Program-made: the position numbers and the translations under genes
From: Patescibacteria group bacterium
Lineage (GTDB): Bacteria; Patescibacteriota; Patescibacteriia; UBA9934; GWF2-40-263
DNA length: 64,000 nucleotides
NCBI GenBank assembly: GCA_041661745.1
Contig: JBAZTR010000002.1
Span: 132,368 to 196,367, forward strand
Direction of reading: 5' to 3'
The notes under the pieces: generated by a model
The model's input: only the letters and a program-made list of their open reading frames with translations
What the model was told of the DNA's origin: nothing
Databases searched by the model: none
Shown: piece after piece, positions 54,181 through 62,242 of the stretch
How positions within the stretch are numbered: position 1 is the stretch's first letter
Layout: each line of letters starts with the position of its first letter

Positions 54181-55101
54181 ATGCCAACTCAAATCGATAA
54201 ACTCTTAACTGACTTCCTTGAATATCTCGAAGTCGAACGCGGTCGCTCGGCCCGGACGATTAGAAATTACGATTTTTATTTGCGCCGGTTTATTAAATGG
54301 GCACGCCACCCTTCGCCGGCCGGCATTACCGATGATTTGATTCGCAAATTTCGCCTGTGGCTTAATCGTGCTGTGCCCGGACGACTTGATTCCACCATAA
54401 AAAAGAACACACAAAATTATCACCTTATTGCCTTGCGAGCTTTTCTTAAATACTTGGCTCGTCGCGATATAAAATCCATGTCCCCGGAAAAAATCGAGTT
54501 GGCTAAAGCCCCCTCGCGCATTGTTGCTTTTTTAGAAGCCGATGAATTGGATCGTGTTTTACAAATTCCCCTAGCCGCCGGCGAAGATTTAATCGGCTTG
54601 CGCGACAAAGCCATTTTGGAAATGCTTTTTTCGACCGGCCTACGCGTGTCCGAATTGGCTAATTTAAAAATCGATCAGGTAAATTTGAAACGCGACGAAT
54701 TCACTGTCCGCGGCAAAGGCGACAAACCGCGCGTTGTTTTTTTATCCGACTCGGCCAAAGAGTGGTTAAAAAAATATTTAAACAAACGCCACGATACTTC
54801 GCCTTACATGTTCATTTGCCACGACCGTGCCAAACGCGGCCGTGAGGATTCCGGTCCAATTACTCCGCGTTCAATCGAACGGATGGTTGAGTATTGTGCC
54901 AAAGCCGCCGGGGTCACCAAACGCATTACCCCGCACACCTTGCGCCACACTTTTGCCACTGACCTTTTAATGAACGGTGCCGATATTCGTTCAGTTCAAT
55001 CGCTCCTCGGCCACGCTTCCATCACCACCACCCAGGTGTATACTCATATTACGAATAAACAGCTAAAAGAAGTGCATAAAAAATTTCACGATAAGAAATA
55101 A
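54181..55101 (+). CDS. XerC/XerD-type tyrosine recombinase
   Basis: RDKAILE.LFSTGLRVSEL, GKG.K.R, TPHTLRH.FAT.LL..GAD.R.VQ.LLGH....TTQVYTH. Confidence 0.92.
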   Translation: MPTQIDKLLTDFLEYLEVERGRSARTIRNYDFYLRRFIKWARHPSPAGITDDLIRKFRLWLNRAVPGRLDSTIKKNTQNYHLIALRAFLKYLARRDIKSMSPEKIELAKAPSRIVAFLEADELDRVLQIPLAAGEDLIGLRDKAILEMLFSTGLRVSELANLKIDQVNLKRDEFTVRGKGDKPRVVFLSDSAKEWLKKYLNKRHDTSPYMFICHDRAKRGREDSGPITPRSIERMVEYCAKAAGVTKRITPHTLRHTFATDLLMNGADIRSVQSLLGHASITTTQVYTHITNKQLKEVHKKFHDKK

Positions 55102-55104
55102 AAT

Positions 55105-57465
55105 ATGCGTACCATAGAAAAATCAGAAGCACCTCCGGTCAAAGACACTCGGGAACCGAAAAATTCAAGCGAAATTATTAATGAAATTTTTCAGTACCTG
55201 GAAGAAAGAGAATTGATTGAGAGAAAACCGGATGGTGTACTTATCGTAGATAGCCAACTTTTATCCCGGTACGATGTCAGAGACGCTTTATTTCGAAAAC
55301 TCAACGGCCGGTTAGGTAAAACAAGGGCCGAGCAAATAGGCAACTTATTTCTAGAAGAAAAAGTTGTTATAAATTATTCAGAAGATGAAGTCGTCCCAAT
55401 CGGCAGCCAGAAACCAGAGCCACTTTTTTATTCACCTAAATCAAAAGAGGACGCCTTTGATTTAGAAAAAATCAAAGGCGCTAATTTTCATTTTGGCCTC
55501 TGGGAAGATTACAAGGGCTTTGTCGACAAAAACGGAAACACTGTCGAACAGCCGGGGGCAACAGATGGTTTATCTTTAATTGAGGCTTCGCTAGCCTGTC
55601 TTATTTTTCATCCTAAATTTGGTAATGGCCACCGCAACGAAAAGGGACAACTGGTTGTTCGGAGACCTAATGGACAAGAAACGGTTTTTTCGTCCAATTG
55701 GCTGAAGGAATGGCCCGGCATGCATACCAGAGTCAATGAAAAAAACAGTCGACCGTTGTTTGAATATTTTTTTACCAACAGTCAAACCATGGCCGCCAAC
55801 CTGCTAGAACAAGGTTTGCTTAATCGAGCTGATTTTGCCCGAACCAAAGAAGTAAGGACTTCGGAAACACGAGTTAGTAGTAATGGTATGGTTTCGATTG
55901 ATTCGGTCAAACACTACTTGGGTCGGCAGTATGCCGGAACCAGAGTTGAACCGCTTGGTGAAATATTAGCAGTGATTAGAGCCGACGAATCGGGAAACGA
56001 AACCTTAGTCGCCACAAGTCGACAGCTTAAAAAAGGTGATGTTGGCCTGGTCCAAAGAAAAACGGCCACCGGAACCTTTCTCGAAGCTCCGGTTGATCTA
56101 TGCCAACCAATACCTTTCGACCCAAAAAAACCGCACACCCTAGACGATTCCGCGGATATAGAAAAAAAAATTGAACAAGCCAAAGTCCTTAATGGCTTGC
56201 AAATGAAATTGGATTTTGATAATCACTTAAATCGCTCCGGATCCGAAGCCAGACTCAGCCTTCTTCCGTCTTTTTTGCAAAAGAAAATCCAAAAAAATAT
56301 TGCCAATCTGCCAACAATTTTTTCGCCTGGTTTAAAACTAAGTGAAGAAGACGGTCAGGACGGTTTAGAAATTTTTGCCATGACTATCGACCAACCGATT
56401 TTATTTTTACAAACTTTTTATTCACTTAAGGATTTGTCTGAAAGTGAACGTCTCAAGGCCCAGGAAACAATAAAAGAACTTTGCCACTTAAGACTGGCTG
56501 TACAGCATCTTTCTAGGAACCTCGGCAAAAAAGATTCAGAAAAAATTGGTGAAATGGTTAATGAAAGTTTAGTTAAAAGAGAAGAAGGCGGATTGGAAAA
56601 ACTCCGAACAGCTGTGGTTTCTGAACTGGCCACGGTTTTGGGAGCTGAATCATTACGGGTTGAACTACAAAATGCCGCGGAAACCGGCGAGGCTTATTTA
56701 AAATCAGTTTTTGAAGATCTATTGCGAGTCATGAGTCCGGAAACACCTAATAATGTCAAAACCAGTCTTAGAAAGTTATATAAAGAAATTAAATTTGAAC
56801 AATACAAACTCAACGAGTTATCGCAACAAAGAGATGAAAACTTTTTGAGGAAAAACTTGCAACTGGGTAGTCGTGTCGCCGACTTAGGTGCCGGCACCGG
56901 ACGCCTTTCCCAGCCATTGTCCGAAGCGGGAATTAAGGTAACTGCCGTTGACAATGTTCAACGCCACGTAGATTTAATGCGCCGAAAATTTCCAAAAGTT
57001 GAAGTTGTAAATGCTGATTGGACCAGAACCGGATTGCCAAATGAAAGTCAGGAAACCGTTTTCTCTTTGGGCCGTTCGATTCTTCACGAATTTACTTTGG
57101 CTAGACAAAATGCTTTGTTTCGCGAGGCCAACCGCATTCTTCAAGATGGTGGAAAATTTATTATCGATATTCCCGATCGCACCAAAGGCAACTACGCCCA
57201 TTTGGTTGAAAGCTACCGAGCCGCCATGGCCGAAAGAAACATTCCGGTTCGAGAGGGTTTAATTTACGACAGCCCCGATGGTCAAAACTTTTTTACAAGA
57301 TACGCTTATTCCCTGGAAGACATTAGGCACTTGGCCGAAGACAACGGTTTCCAAATTGAGACAACTGAAACCGCCCAGGTTGAAACAGGAGAAGGTGACG
57401 AAAACATTTATATTGTTATGAAGAAGGTTGGGCAACCAAAGGAGCAACTTCCTCTGGCGGCATAA
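55105..57465 (+). CDS. Large protein with a C-terminal class I SAM methyltransferase domain
   Basis: DLGAGTGR...VTAVD, RIL..GG.FIID; about 580 N-terminal residues unassigned. Confidence 0.7.
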   Translation: MRTIEKSEAPPVKDTREPKNSSEIINEIFQYLEERELIERKPDGVLIVDSQLLSRYDVRDALFRKLNGRLGKTRAEQIGNLFLEEKVVINYSEDEVVPIGSQKPEPLFYSPKSKEDAFDLEKIKGANFHFGLWEDYKGFVDKNGNTVEQPGATDGLSLIEASLACLIFHPKFGNGHRNEKGQLVVRRPNGQETVFSSNWLKEWPGMHTRVNEKNSRPLFEYFFTNSQTMAANLLEQGLLNRADFARTKEVRTSETRVSSNGMVSIDSVKHYLGRQYAGTRVEPLGEILAVIRADESGNETLVATSRQLKKGDVGLVQRKTATGTFLEAPVDLCQPIPFDPKKPHTLDDSADIEKKIEQAKVLNGLQMKLDFDNHLNRSGSEARLSLLPSFLQKKIQKNIANLPTIFSPGLKLSEEDGQDGLEIFAMTIDQPILFLQTFYSLKDLSESERLKAQETIKELCHLRLAVQHLSRNLGKKDSEKIGEMVNESLVKREEGGLEKLRTAVVSELATVLGAESLRVELQNAAETGEAYLKSVFEDLLRVMSPETPNNVKTSLRKLYKEIKFEQYKLNELSQQRDENFLRKNLQLGSRVADLGAGTGRLSQPLSEAGIKVTAVDNVQRHVDLMRRKFPKVEVVNADWTRTGLPNESQETVFSLGRSILHEFTLARQNALFREANRILQDGGKFIIDIPDRTKGNYAHLVESYRAAMAERNIPVREGLIYDSPDGQNFFTRYAYSLEDIRHLAEDNGFQIETTETAQVETGEGDENIYIVMKKVGQPKEQLPLAA

Positions 57466-58228
57466 CTATTCCCTTTGAAGATAAAATAAACTTTATTGCC
57501 GAACGCAAAGTTGCGGCCAAAGAAGAGCTTTCAATAATCGTTCCGATAAGCTCTTCTTTTTTGTAACTGATAAAAGCCACCTTGTCACCAAAAACATCAA
57601 TCTCACCATGAAAATCATAAAGGTCGTGATCGACCGTGGCCACGGAACGCATTTGTTCTTTACTACTTTTAACGTAACTTTCAATATTCTTTTCACCAGA
57701 AGCCACAACATAAGCGTAAATACCCTTTTCAGCCCTGGCCGAACCGTAAGTTTTGGAAAGCCAACGGAAAATCTCCGGAGCCGGGTCATCGGGCCCAACC
57801 AGAGCAAAAATTGTCTTTTTGTCTTCCAGTGTTTCCCGATAGATTTCTTTCAGACTATCAATTCCTTCGAACATTCTAACTGTCGGACGCTTGGTAACCA
57901 GGTTGTATTGAGACTTAAGGGTTGGTAACGCTGCCGATAACTGGTTTAAAAGGTCATGACTGGCGGCCACCTTGGCCTGGGCAAGCCTACGCAAAGTCTC
58001 GGGATCAGCCGCTTTAAACACGGTTTTGGCCCCGGACTCCTCAAAAATTAGCCCCTTTTTCTTTAAAGAAGCCATTACATTATATAGGTTGCCACGGCCT
58101 AAACCCGAAGGAACCAGTAAATCCTGGGCCGGTTTTGGCCCTAATTCCAATAAAAGCTCATAAACCAGGGCCTCGGAATCATTTATTCCCAGTTGGGAAA
58201 GGATTGGGTAATGGACTTCGTGAATCAT
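57416..58228 (-). CDS. TrmB-family transcriptional regulator
   Basis: LSQLG....EALVY..LLELG, GL.R..LY.V..SL.KKGLI wHTH; P.VR.FEG...LK..Y C-terminal domain; start at 58228. Confidence 0.85.
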   Translation of the reverse strand: MIHEVHYPILSQLGINDSEALVYELLLELGPKPAQDLLVPSGLGRGNLYNVMASLKKKGLIFEESGAKTVFKAADPETLRRLAQAKVAASHDLLNQLSAALPTLKSQYNLVTKRPTVRMFEGIDSLKEIYRETLEDKKTIFALVGPDDPAPEIFRWLSKTYGSARAEKGIYAYVVASGEKNIESYVKSSKEQMRSVATVDHDLYDFHGEIDVFGDKVAFISYKKEELIGTIIESSSLAATLRSAIKFILSSKGIVMPPEEVAPLVAQPSS

Positions 58229-58229
58229 A

Positions 58230-58320
58230 GAAAAGGGAGGGAAAGGGTTGGAAAGAGAGTGGAAGAGAGGGAAAGTTTTTCTTACTTTCCTTCCCTTTAA
58301 TCCCCTTTCCTTCTCTTTCA
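58230..58320. repeat. Purine/pyrimidine 9-nt-period inverted arms in the TrmB 5' region
   Basis: GAAAGGGAGGGAAAGGGTTGGAAAGAGAGTGGAAGAGAGGGAAAG ... CTTTCCTTCCCTTTAATCCCCTTTCC. Confidence 0.55.
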
Positions 58321-58430
58321 TTCTTTTACAAATACAGTATAACATCAAAATGCCATATTGTAAATGACACAAAGTGGATAACTATCTTGGCTTAAATTGG
58401 CCTAAATATGTAATATCTGCCACTAAAGTC

Positions 58431-58467
58431 TTGACAAGTTTCCTCTTTTATGATACTATAGTGTCAT
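58431..58467 (+). promoter_or_regulatory. Island promoter with an 18-bp palindromic operator
   Basis: TTGACA (58431)-17 bp-TACTAT with extended -10 TG; ATGATACTATAGTGTCAT (58450-58467) covers the -10. Confidence 0.7.
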
Positions 58468-58950
58468 CAAGATGAGGTACAGGGAAGCGAAGACCAGTAC
58501 TTCACCAGATCTTTAAAAAATAACGAGCGAGAGAGCCCTAGTCCAGGGTTAAATGGACATCTACTGAACAAGTAGTCTCCCCTATCCTTATATAGGGGGG
58601 CGAAAGAACAGTGGAAAAGACAGGTTTGTGTATCTTTCTCAAATAAGAACATAAACCTGTCTTTTTCTTTAAGACTCTGTCCTGGCCAGACTTGCCAGGA
58701 ATTAACTTGGATGAAAAGGAGATAAACACGCTATCGGTTGAGTCCAACTCAATGGATTCCCGAGGAGATACGGCGAGAGAGATTATCACCCTTTCAACTA
58801 AGCCAAACTTCTTAACGAGTGCGCAGTGGCCTAATTCCCTACGGGTTGAGTTGGACCACCTGCAGTCTTTAAGAAGACTATGAGGTTCTGCAAGAGGTGT
58901 TGGAACCATCTTCTGCCGGATGAACTTTCACAATTGAATATTCATCAAAA
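58466..58950 (+). ncRNA. Large structured non-coding leader/ncRNA (unassigned)
   Basis: No credible ORF; many stems, a possible pseudoknot (58534-58558), 11-bp long-range pairing 58742-58752/58846-58856. Confidence 0.5.
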
Positions 58951-59214
58951 AAACTGACCGATACTTCGGGGGCAATTCGTAATTCGTATATTCGTACGAA
59001 TTCGTAATTTCGTCCCCTCTCTGGAACAAGCCGATTTCGGATACTCGACCTTTAACCAGCCATGCTTGGATTAAAGATCATCGAGCCCGAGACTCAGGAC
59101 GTTCTGGAAGATTCGGTCTTCTTAACGAGGAGGGTTCTTCTTCCTCGGTTCGAATAAGTTCTTAACCCCTCTCCCCAACCCTCCCCCAAGGTGGGAGGGA
59201 GATCTAACTTGAGA

Positions 59215-59398
59215 ACTTTGAGAAAAATATGATTTACCAAATTACCTACATCGCTTCGGCGATCGGAACACTTGGGTTCATGCTCGGATTGAGCTAACCC
59301 AAAAAGCACGAGAGAAAAATCTCACGCGTGCTTCATGATTTATAACCTCACCCCACCCTCTCCTTAGTAAGGAGAGGGAGTTACAGATCACGAAGCAT
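59215..59398 (+). repeat. ~185-bp leader module, copy 1
   Basis: Near-identical to 60577-60762. Confidence 0.9.
59229..59297 (+). CDS. 22-aa hydrophobic peptide MIYQITYIASAIGTLGFMLGLS
   Basis: Frame conserved in the second copy with several synonymous changes. Confidence 0.55.
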   Translation: MIYQITYIASAIGTLGFMLGLS

Positions 59399-59508
59399 TC
59401 GAGGAGATCCACCTTCGCCGAGCTTCGGCGGACAAGGAGTCCACGATTGCGAATCCTGTCCATGTTGGACGGGTCCGGCAGGCATGCCGTCCTTTTTTGG
59501 AGGAAAAC

Positions 59509-60372
59509 ATGCGCTTCGTCATCAGCAGCAATCCCGTCGTCCTCGCCGCCGCCCTGCAGGACAAGCCGTCCGCAACGGTCGAGGCCGAGTACGGCAACGC
59601 CGTGGTCGAGGGCTCTGTCCTCACCATGGCGCACCACGGCCCCCGCGCCGGCCAGCCCGCGCCCTGTGCCTACGAGAACGGCTGCGCCGACGGGGTCGAG
59701 GTGGTGGGCCTGTCCCACTTCGATCTCGACACCCTCGGCGGGTGCGCGGCCATCCTCGGCCGCAAGGTCGAGGCCCCGACCTTCTGGCAGCTCGCCGAGT
59801 TCATCGACCTCAACGGGGCTCACAAGCTCAACGAGGGGATCGAGAAGACCGGCGCGACGCCCGACGACGTGGCCAAGCTCTTCGCCTTCTGGGCGTGGTC
59901 GCGCAACTTCCGCGTCTTCCCGAACCGCGACGGCAGCGTCAGCGACGTCACCGACAAGGTCATCGAGGGCTGCAACGTCCTCGACAAGATCATGAACGGC
60001 GATGCCGACCTGATGAAGGCCGGAACGGTCTACAAGGACGCGGAAGGGAAACTCAACGCCGACTCGTTCGTGGAGGCGAAGGACGGCGTGGTGGTGCGGG
60101 TCTCGTCCCAGTTCACCAACCACCTGTACAACACCCCCGACGGGAAGGCCCACGCCGCGGTCGTGGCCTACACCACGACGACCGGCGCAGTCACGGTCAG
60201 CTTCGCGGACTCCCCCAAGGGCAAGAACGCCCGCCAGATCGTGCAGGAGCTCTGGGGTGAGCTCGCCGGTGGCCACGCCGGAATCGCCGGCAGCCCCCGC
60301 GACCGTCGCATGTCCCTCATCGACCTCACCGCGGCGGTCGAGGCCCTCCGCGCCGCGCTCGCCGGCAAGTAG
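59509..60372 (+). CDS. DHH/DHHA1-like putative phosphoesterase
   Basis: AHHG, SHFDLDTLGG, FID.NG.H and C-terminal GGHAGIAGSPR; SD GGAGG. Confidence 0.55.
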   Translation: MRFVISSNPVVLAAALQDKPSATVEAEYGNAVVEGSVLTMAHHGPRAGQPAPCAYENGCADGVEVVGLSHFDLDTLGGCAAILGRKVEAPTFWQLAEFIDLNGAHKLNEGIEKTGATPDDVAKLFAFWAWSRNFRVFPNRDGSVSDVTDKVIEGCNVLDKIMNGDADLMKAGTVYKDAEGKLNADSFVEAKDGVVVRVSSQFTNHLYNTPDGKAHAAVVAYTTTTGAVTVSFADSPKGKNARQIVQELWGELAGGHAGIAGSPRDRRMSLIDLTAAVEALRAALAGK

Positions 60373-60576
60373 TCACATAGGTTTCTTTCCCAATTTCTTC
60401 TCCTTAGGGCGAAAAAAGTAAATTGGCCATGTGTGCTTTCGAACTCGAGCACGCGTGGAACCGTAGAGTTCAAAAGGAAAGTCGTCTCCCTTTAAGTAGA
60501 CGGCAAAAACAATGCACTCGATTGGCGGATTCACTCCCCGCCTCTTCGACTAAACTCTTGAATTTTCTTTCGAGGG

Positions 60577-60762
60577 CTTTGAGAAGAAAAAATATGATTT
60601 ACTATTTTGTCTACGTCGCTTCGGCGATCGGTACGTTGGGAGTTTTGCTCGGATTGAGCTAACTCAAAAAGCACGAGAGAAAAATCTCACGTGTGCTTCA
60701 TGATTTATAACCTCACCCCGCCCTCCCCTTAGTAAGGAGAGGGAGTTACAAATCATGAAGCT
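60577..60762 (+). repeat. ~185-bp leader module, copy 2
   Basis: Near-identical to 59215-59398. Confidence 0.9.
60594..60662 (+). CDS. 22-aa hydrophobic peptide MIYYFVYVASAIGTLGVLLGLS
   Basis: Paralogue of 59229-59297. Confidence 0.55.
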   Translation: MIYYFVYVASAIGTLGVLLGLS

Positions 60763-60832
60763 CTCGCGAGTCTTCCAAGGTCGAGTCTAACTCGACAGAG
60801 GGAAAAAGAGAGAGCTTTGACAACAAGAAACC

Positions 60833-60977
60833 GCGCATCGGAAGTGTGGATGAGGTGTAGGCATTAAGTCGGTGAATCGAAAGATTCAATACCGCAGCCG
60901 TAGCCAGAAATGGCTCACCAAAACTTCACGCAACCGGTGCGCACTATACCGCTGTTCCCGTCGGTTTGTTACGGGAA
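60833..60977 (+). ncRNA. Multi-stem RNA element directly upstream of csx3
   Basis: Nested stems with G-U pairs on the + strand and two GAAA tetraloops. Confidence 0.5.
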
Positions 60978-60992
60978 AAAAGGTAAGAGACA

Positions 60993-61295
60993 ATGGCGAA
61001 GCCGGTCATCACCATCACCGATCGCCCCGACACCCGCCTCGTCACGTTCGAGATTCCGGGGGGCGTCACCACGCCCGTCGAGTTCGCGGATGCCGTCCGG
61101 GAGATCGCGGATCGCCTCCCCGGCACCCTCCCGGTCCTGCTGAACGGACGCGGCCCGGTCTGGGGGTACGCGATGCTCGTCCACGCGGCGCACCCGACGC
61201 CGGCGGTGGCCACCTTCGACCCCCGCCTCGGGTACATCGTCGTCGCGACCCACGATGAGCGGTTCGCCGTCGGCAACGTGATCGACAGCGAGTAG
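60993..61295 (+). CDS. csx3: CRISPR-associated ring nuclease Csx3/Crn3-like protein
   Basis: 100 aa; L.GRGPVWGYAMLVH.AHP...VATFDPRLG.IVVATH matches the Csx3 family signature. Confidence 0.85.
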   Translation: MAKPVITITDRPDTRLVTFEIPGGVTTPVEFADAVREIADRLPGTLPVLLNGRGPVWGYAMLVHAAHPTPAVATFDPRLGYIVVATHDERFAVGNVIDSE

Positions 61296-61371
61296 TATCA
61301 AACTCGCACTCCTGCCGGACGCACGAGGTCGTCCGGGACAACAGGCTAACTAACCTCAACCGGAGGGTGGC

Positions 61372-62019
61372 ATGTCCACCACCGATTCCGACCCCCGCGG
61401 GTCATACAAAGGAATCGTGGTGGCCATCGGCGGGCCGCCACATTCCGGAAAATCAGTGTTCCTCGCGGAGCTGTACCGACAGCTTCTCGCGAGACGGCCC
61501 TCCGGCACGTTCCTGCAAAGGGCGTGCCCGGACGGCGAGGGCATGTGGTCAGCCGAGTCTGACCCAACCCTCGTCGCCGAGATTCGGAGGAAAGGGACTT
61601 TCTCCTCAGAGTTCATGGGCTTCACCCTGAAGTCCGTCGAACGCCTGGGGAGGACAATGTCCATCGTCCTCTTGGACCTCGGGGGCCGGCGGACCGCGGA
61701 GAACGCCGAAATTCTCCGCCGGTCATCGCACCTCCTGGTGCTCTCGTCGAAAGACACAGAGTGCCAGCCGTGGTGCGAGTTTGCCGAGGCTGAGGGGTGC
61801 AAACCTCTCGCGATCCTCGGCTCTCGGCTGGTCAAAGGAGTGGACGGCTCCCTTGATCAGACAGTGCGTAGCTGGGTTGATACGTCTGCCCGGCCCGTCC
61901 ACGGAGAAATGCTGAATCTGGACCGCCAGACCAGCAGCTCTCCGTACGCAGAGGCGATCGGCCAGTTCGCCGACTGGTTGATCGCGGAGGCGGATCGGTA
62001 CCGCCTTTGCAGGGGTTAG
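61372..62019 (+). CDS. P-loop ATPase of the Csx3-associated type
   Basis: IGGPPHSGKSV, QRACPDGEG.W, LLDLGG; same motif set as the ATPase domain fused to Csx3 in some bacteria. Confidence 0.75.
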   Translation: MSTTDSDPRGSYKGIVVAIGGPPHSGKSVFLAELYRQLLARRPSGTFLQRACPDGEGMWSAESDPTLVAEIRRKGTFSSEFMGFTLKSVERLGRTMSIVLLDLGGRRTAENAEILRRSSHLLVLSSKDTECQPWCEFAEAEGCKPLAILGSRLVKGVDGSLDQTVRSWVDTSARPVHGEMLNLDRQTSSSPYAEAIGQFADWLIAEADRYRLCRG

Positions 62020-62242
62020 CCTCACCCATTGTCCTCTCGCCAGCAGACCGAGGGTGCAAACACAACAGTCTGCTAAAAAATCTGGAGGGCTTCACTCGCC
62101 TTCCCCAAAACCTTGTACCGATATGCACATGTCGAGTCCAGGGTTCCCACCATATGATTTGAACATAAATTTGAGTCATGTGGTGGGAATGTGATGAACA
62201 GAGGCAAAACCGCCAAAGTGAAACAACCCAACGAGGTCTAAA

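Noticed and set aside
54181-55101. Prophage or island integrase
   Set aside because: Sequence and composition fit a housekeeping XerC/D; no att repeats or phage genes were seen around it
58538-58909. 123-aa minus-strand ORF in the island leader
   Set aside because: Antisense to the promoter-driven structured region, with no SD or protein-like motifs
60833-60942. c-di-GMP-I riboswitch or hammerhead/twister ribozyme
   Set aside because: GAAA loops are present, but the GGCAAAC/GACGCAAAG core, the CUGAUGA core and twister motifs are not
58466-62242. CRISPR array or mini-array near csx3
   Set aside because: No regularly spaced 25-40-bp repeats found; the only long repeat is the two-copy 185-bp module
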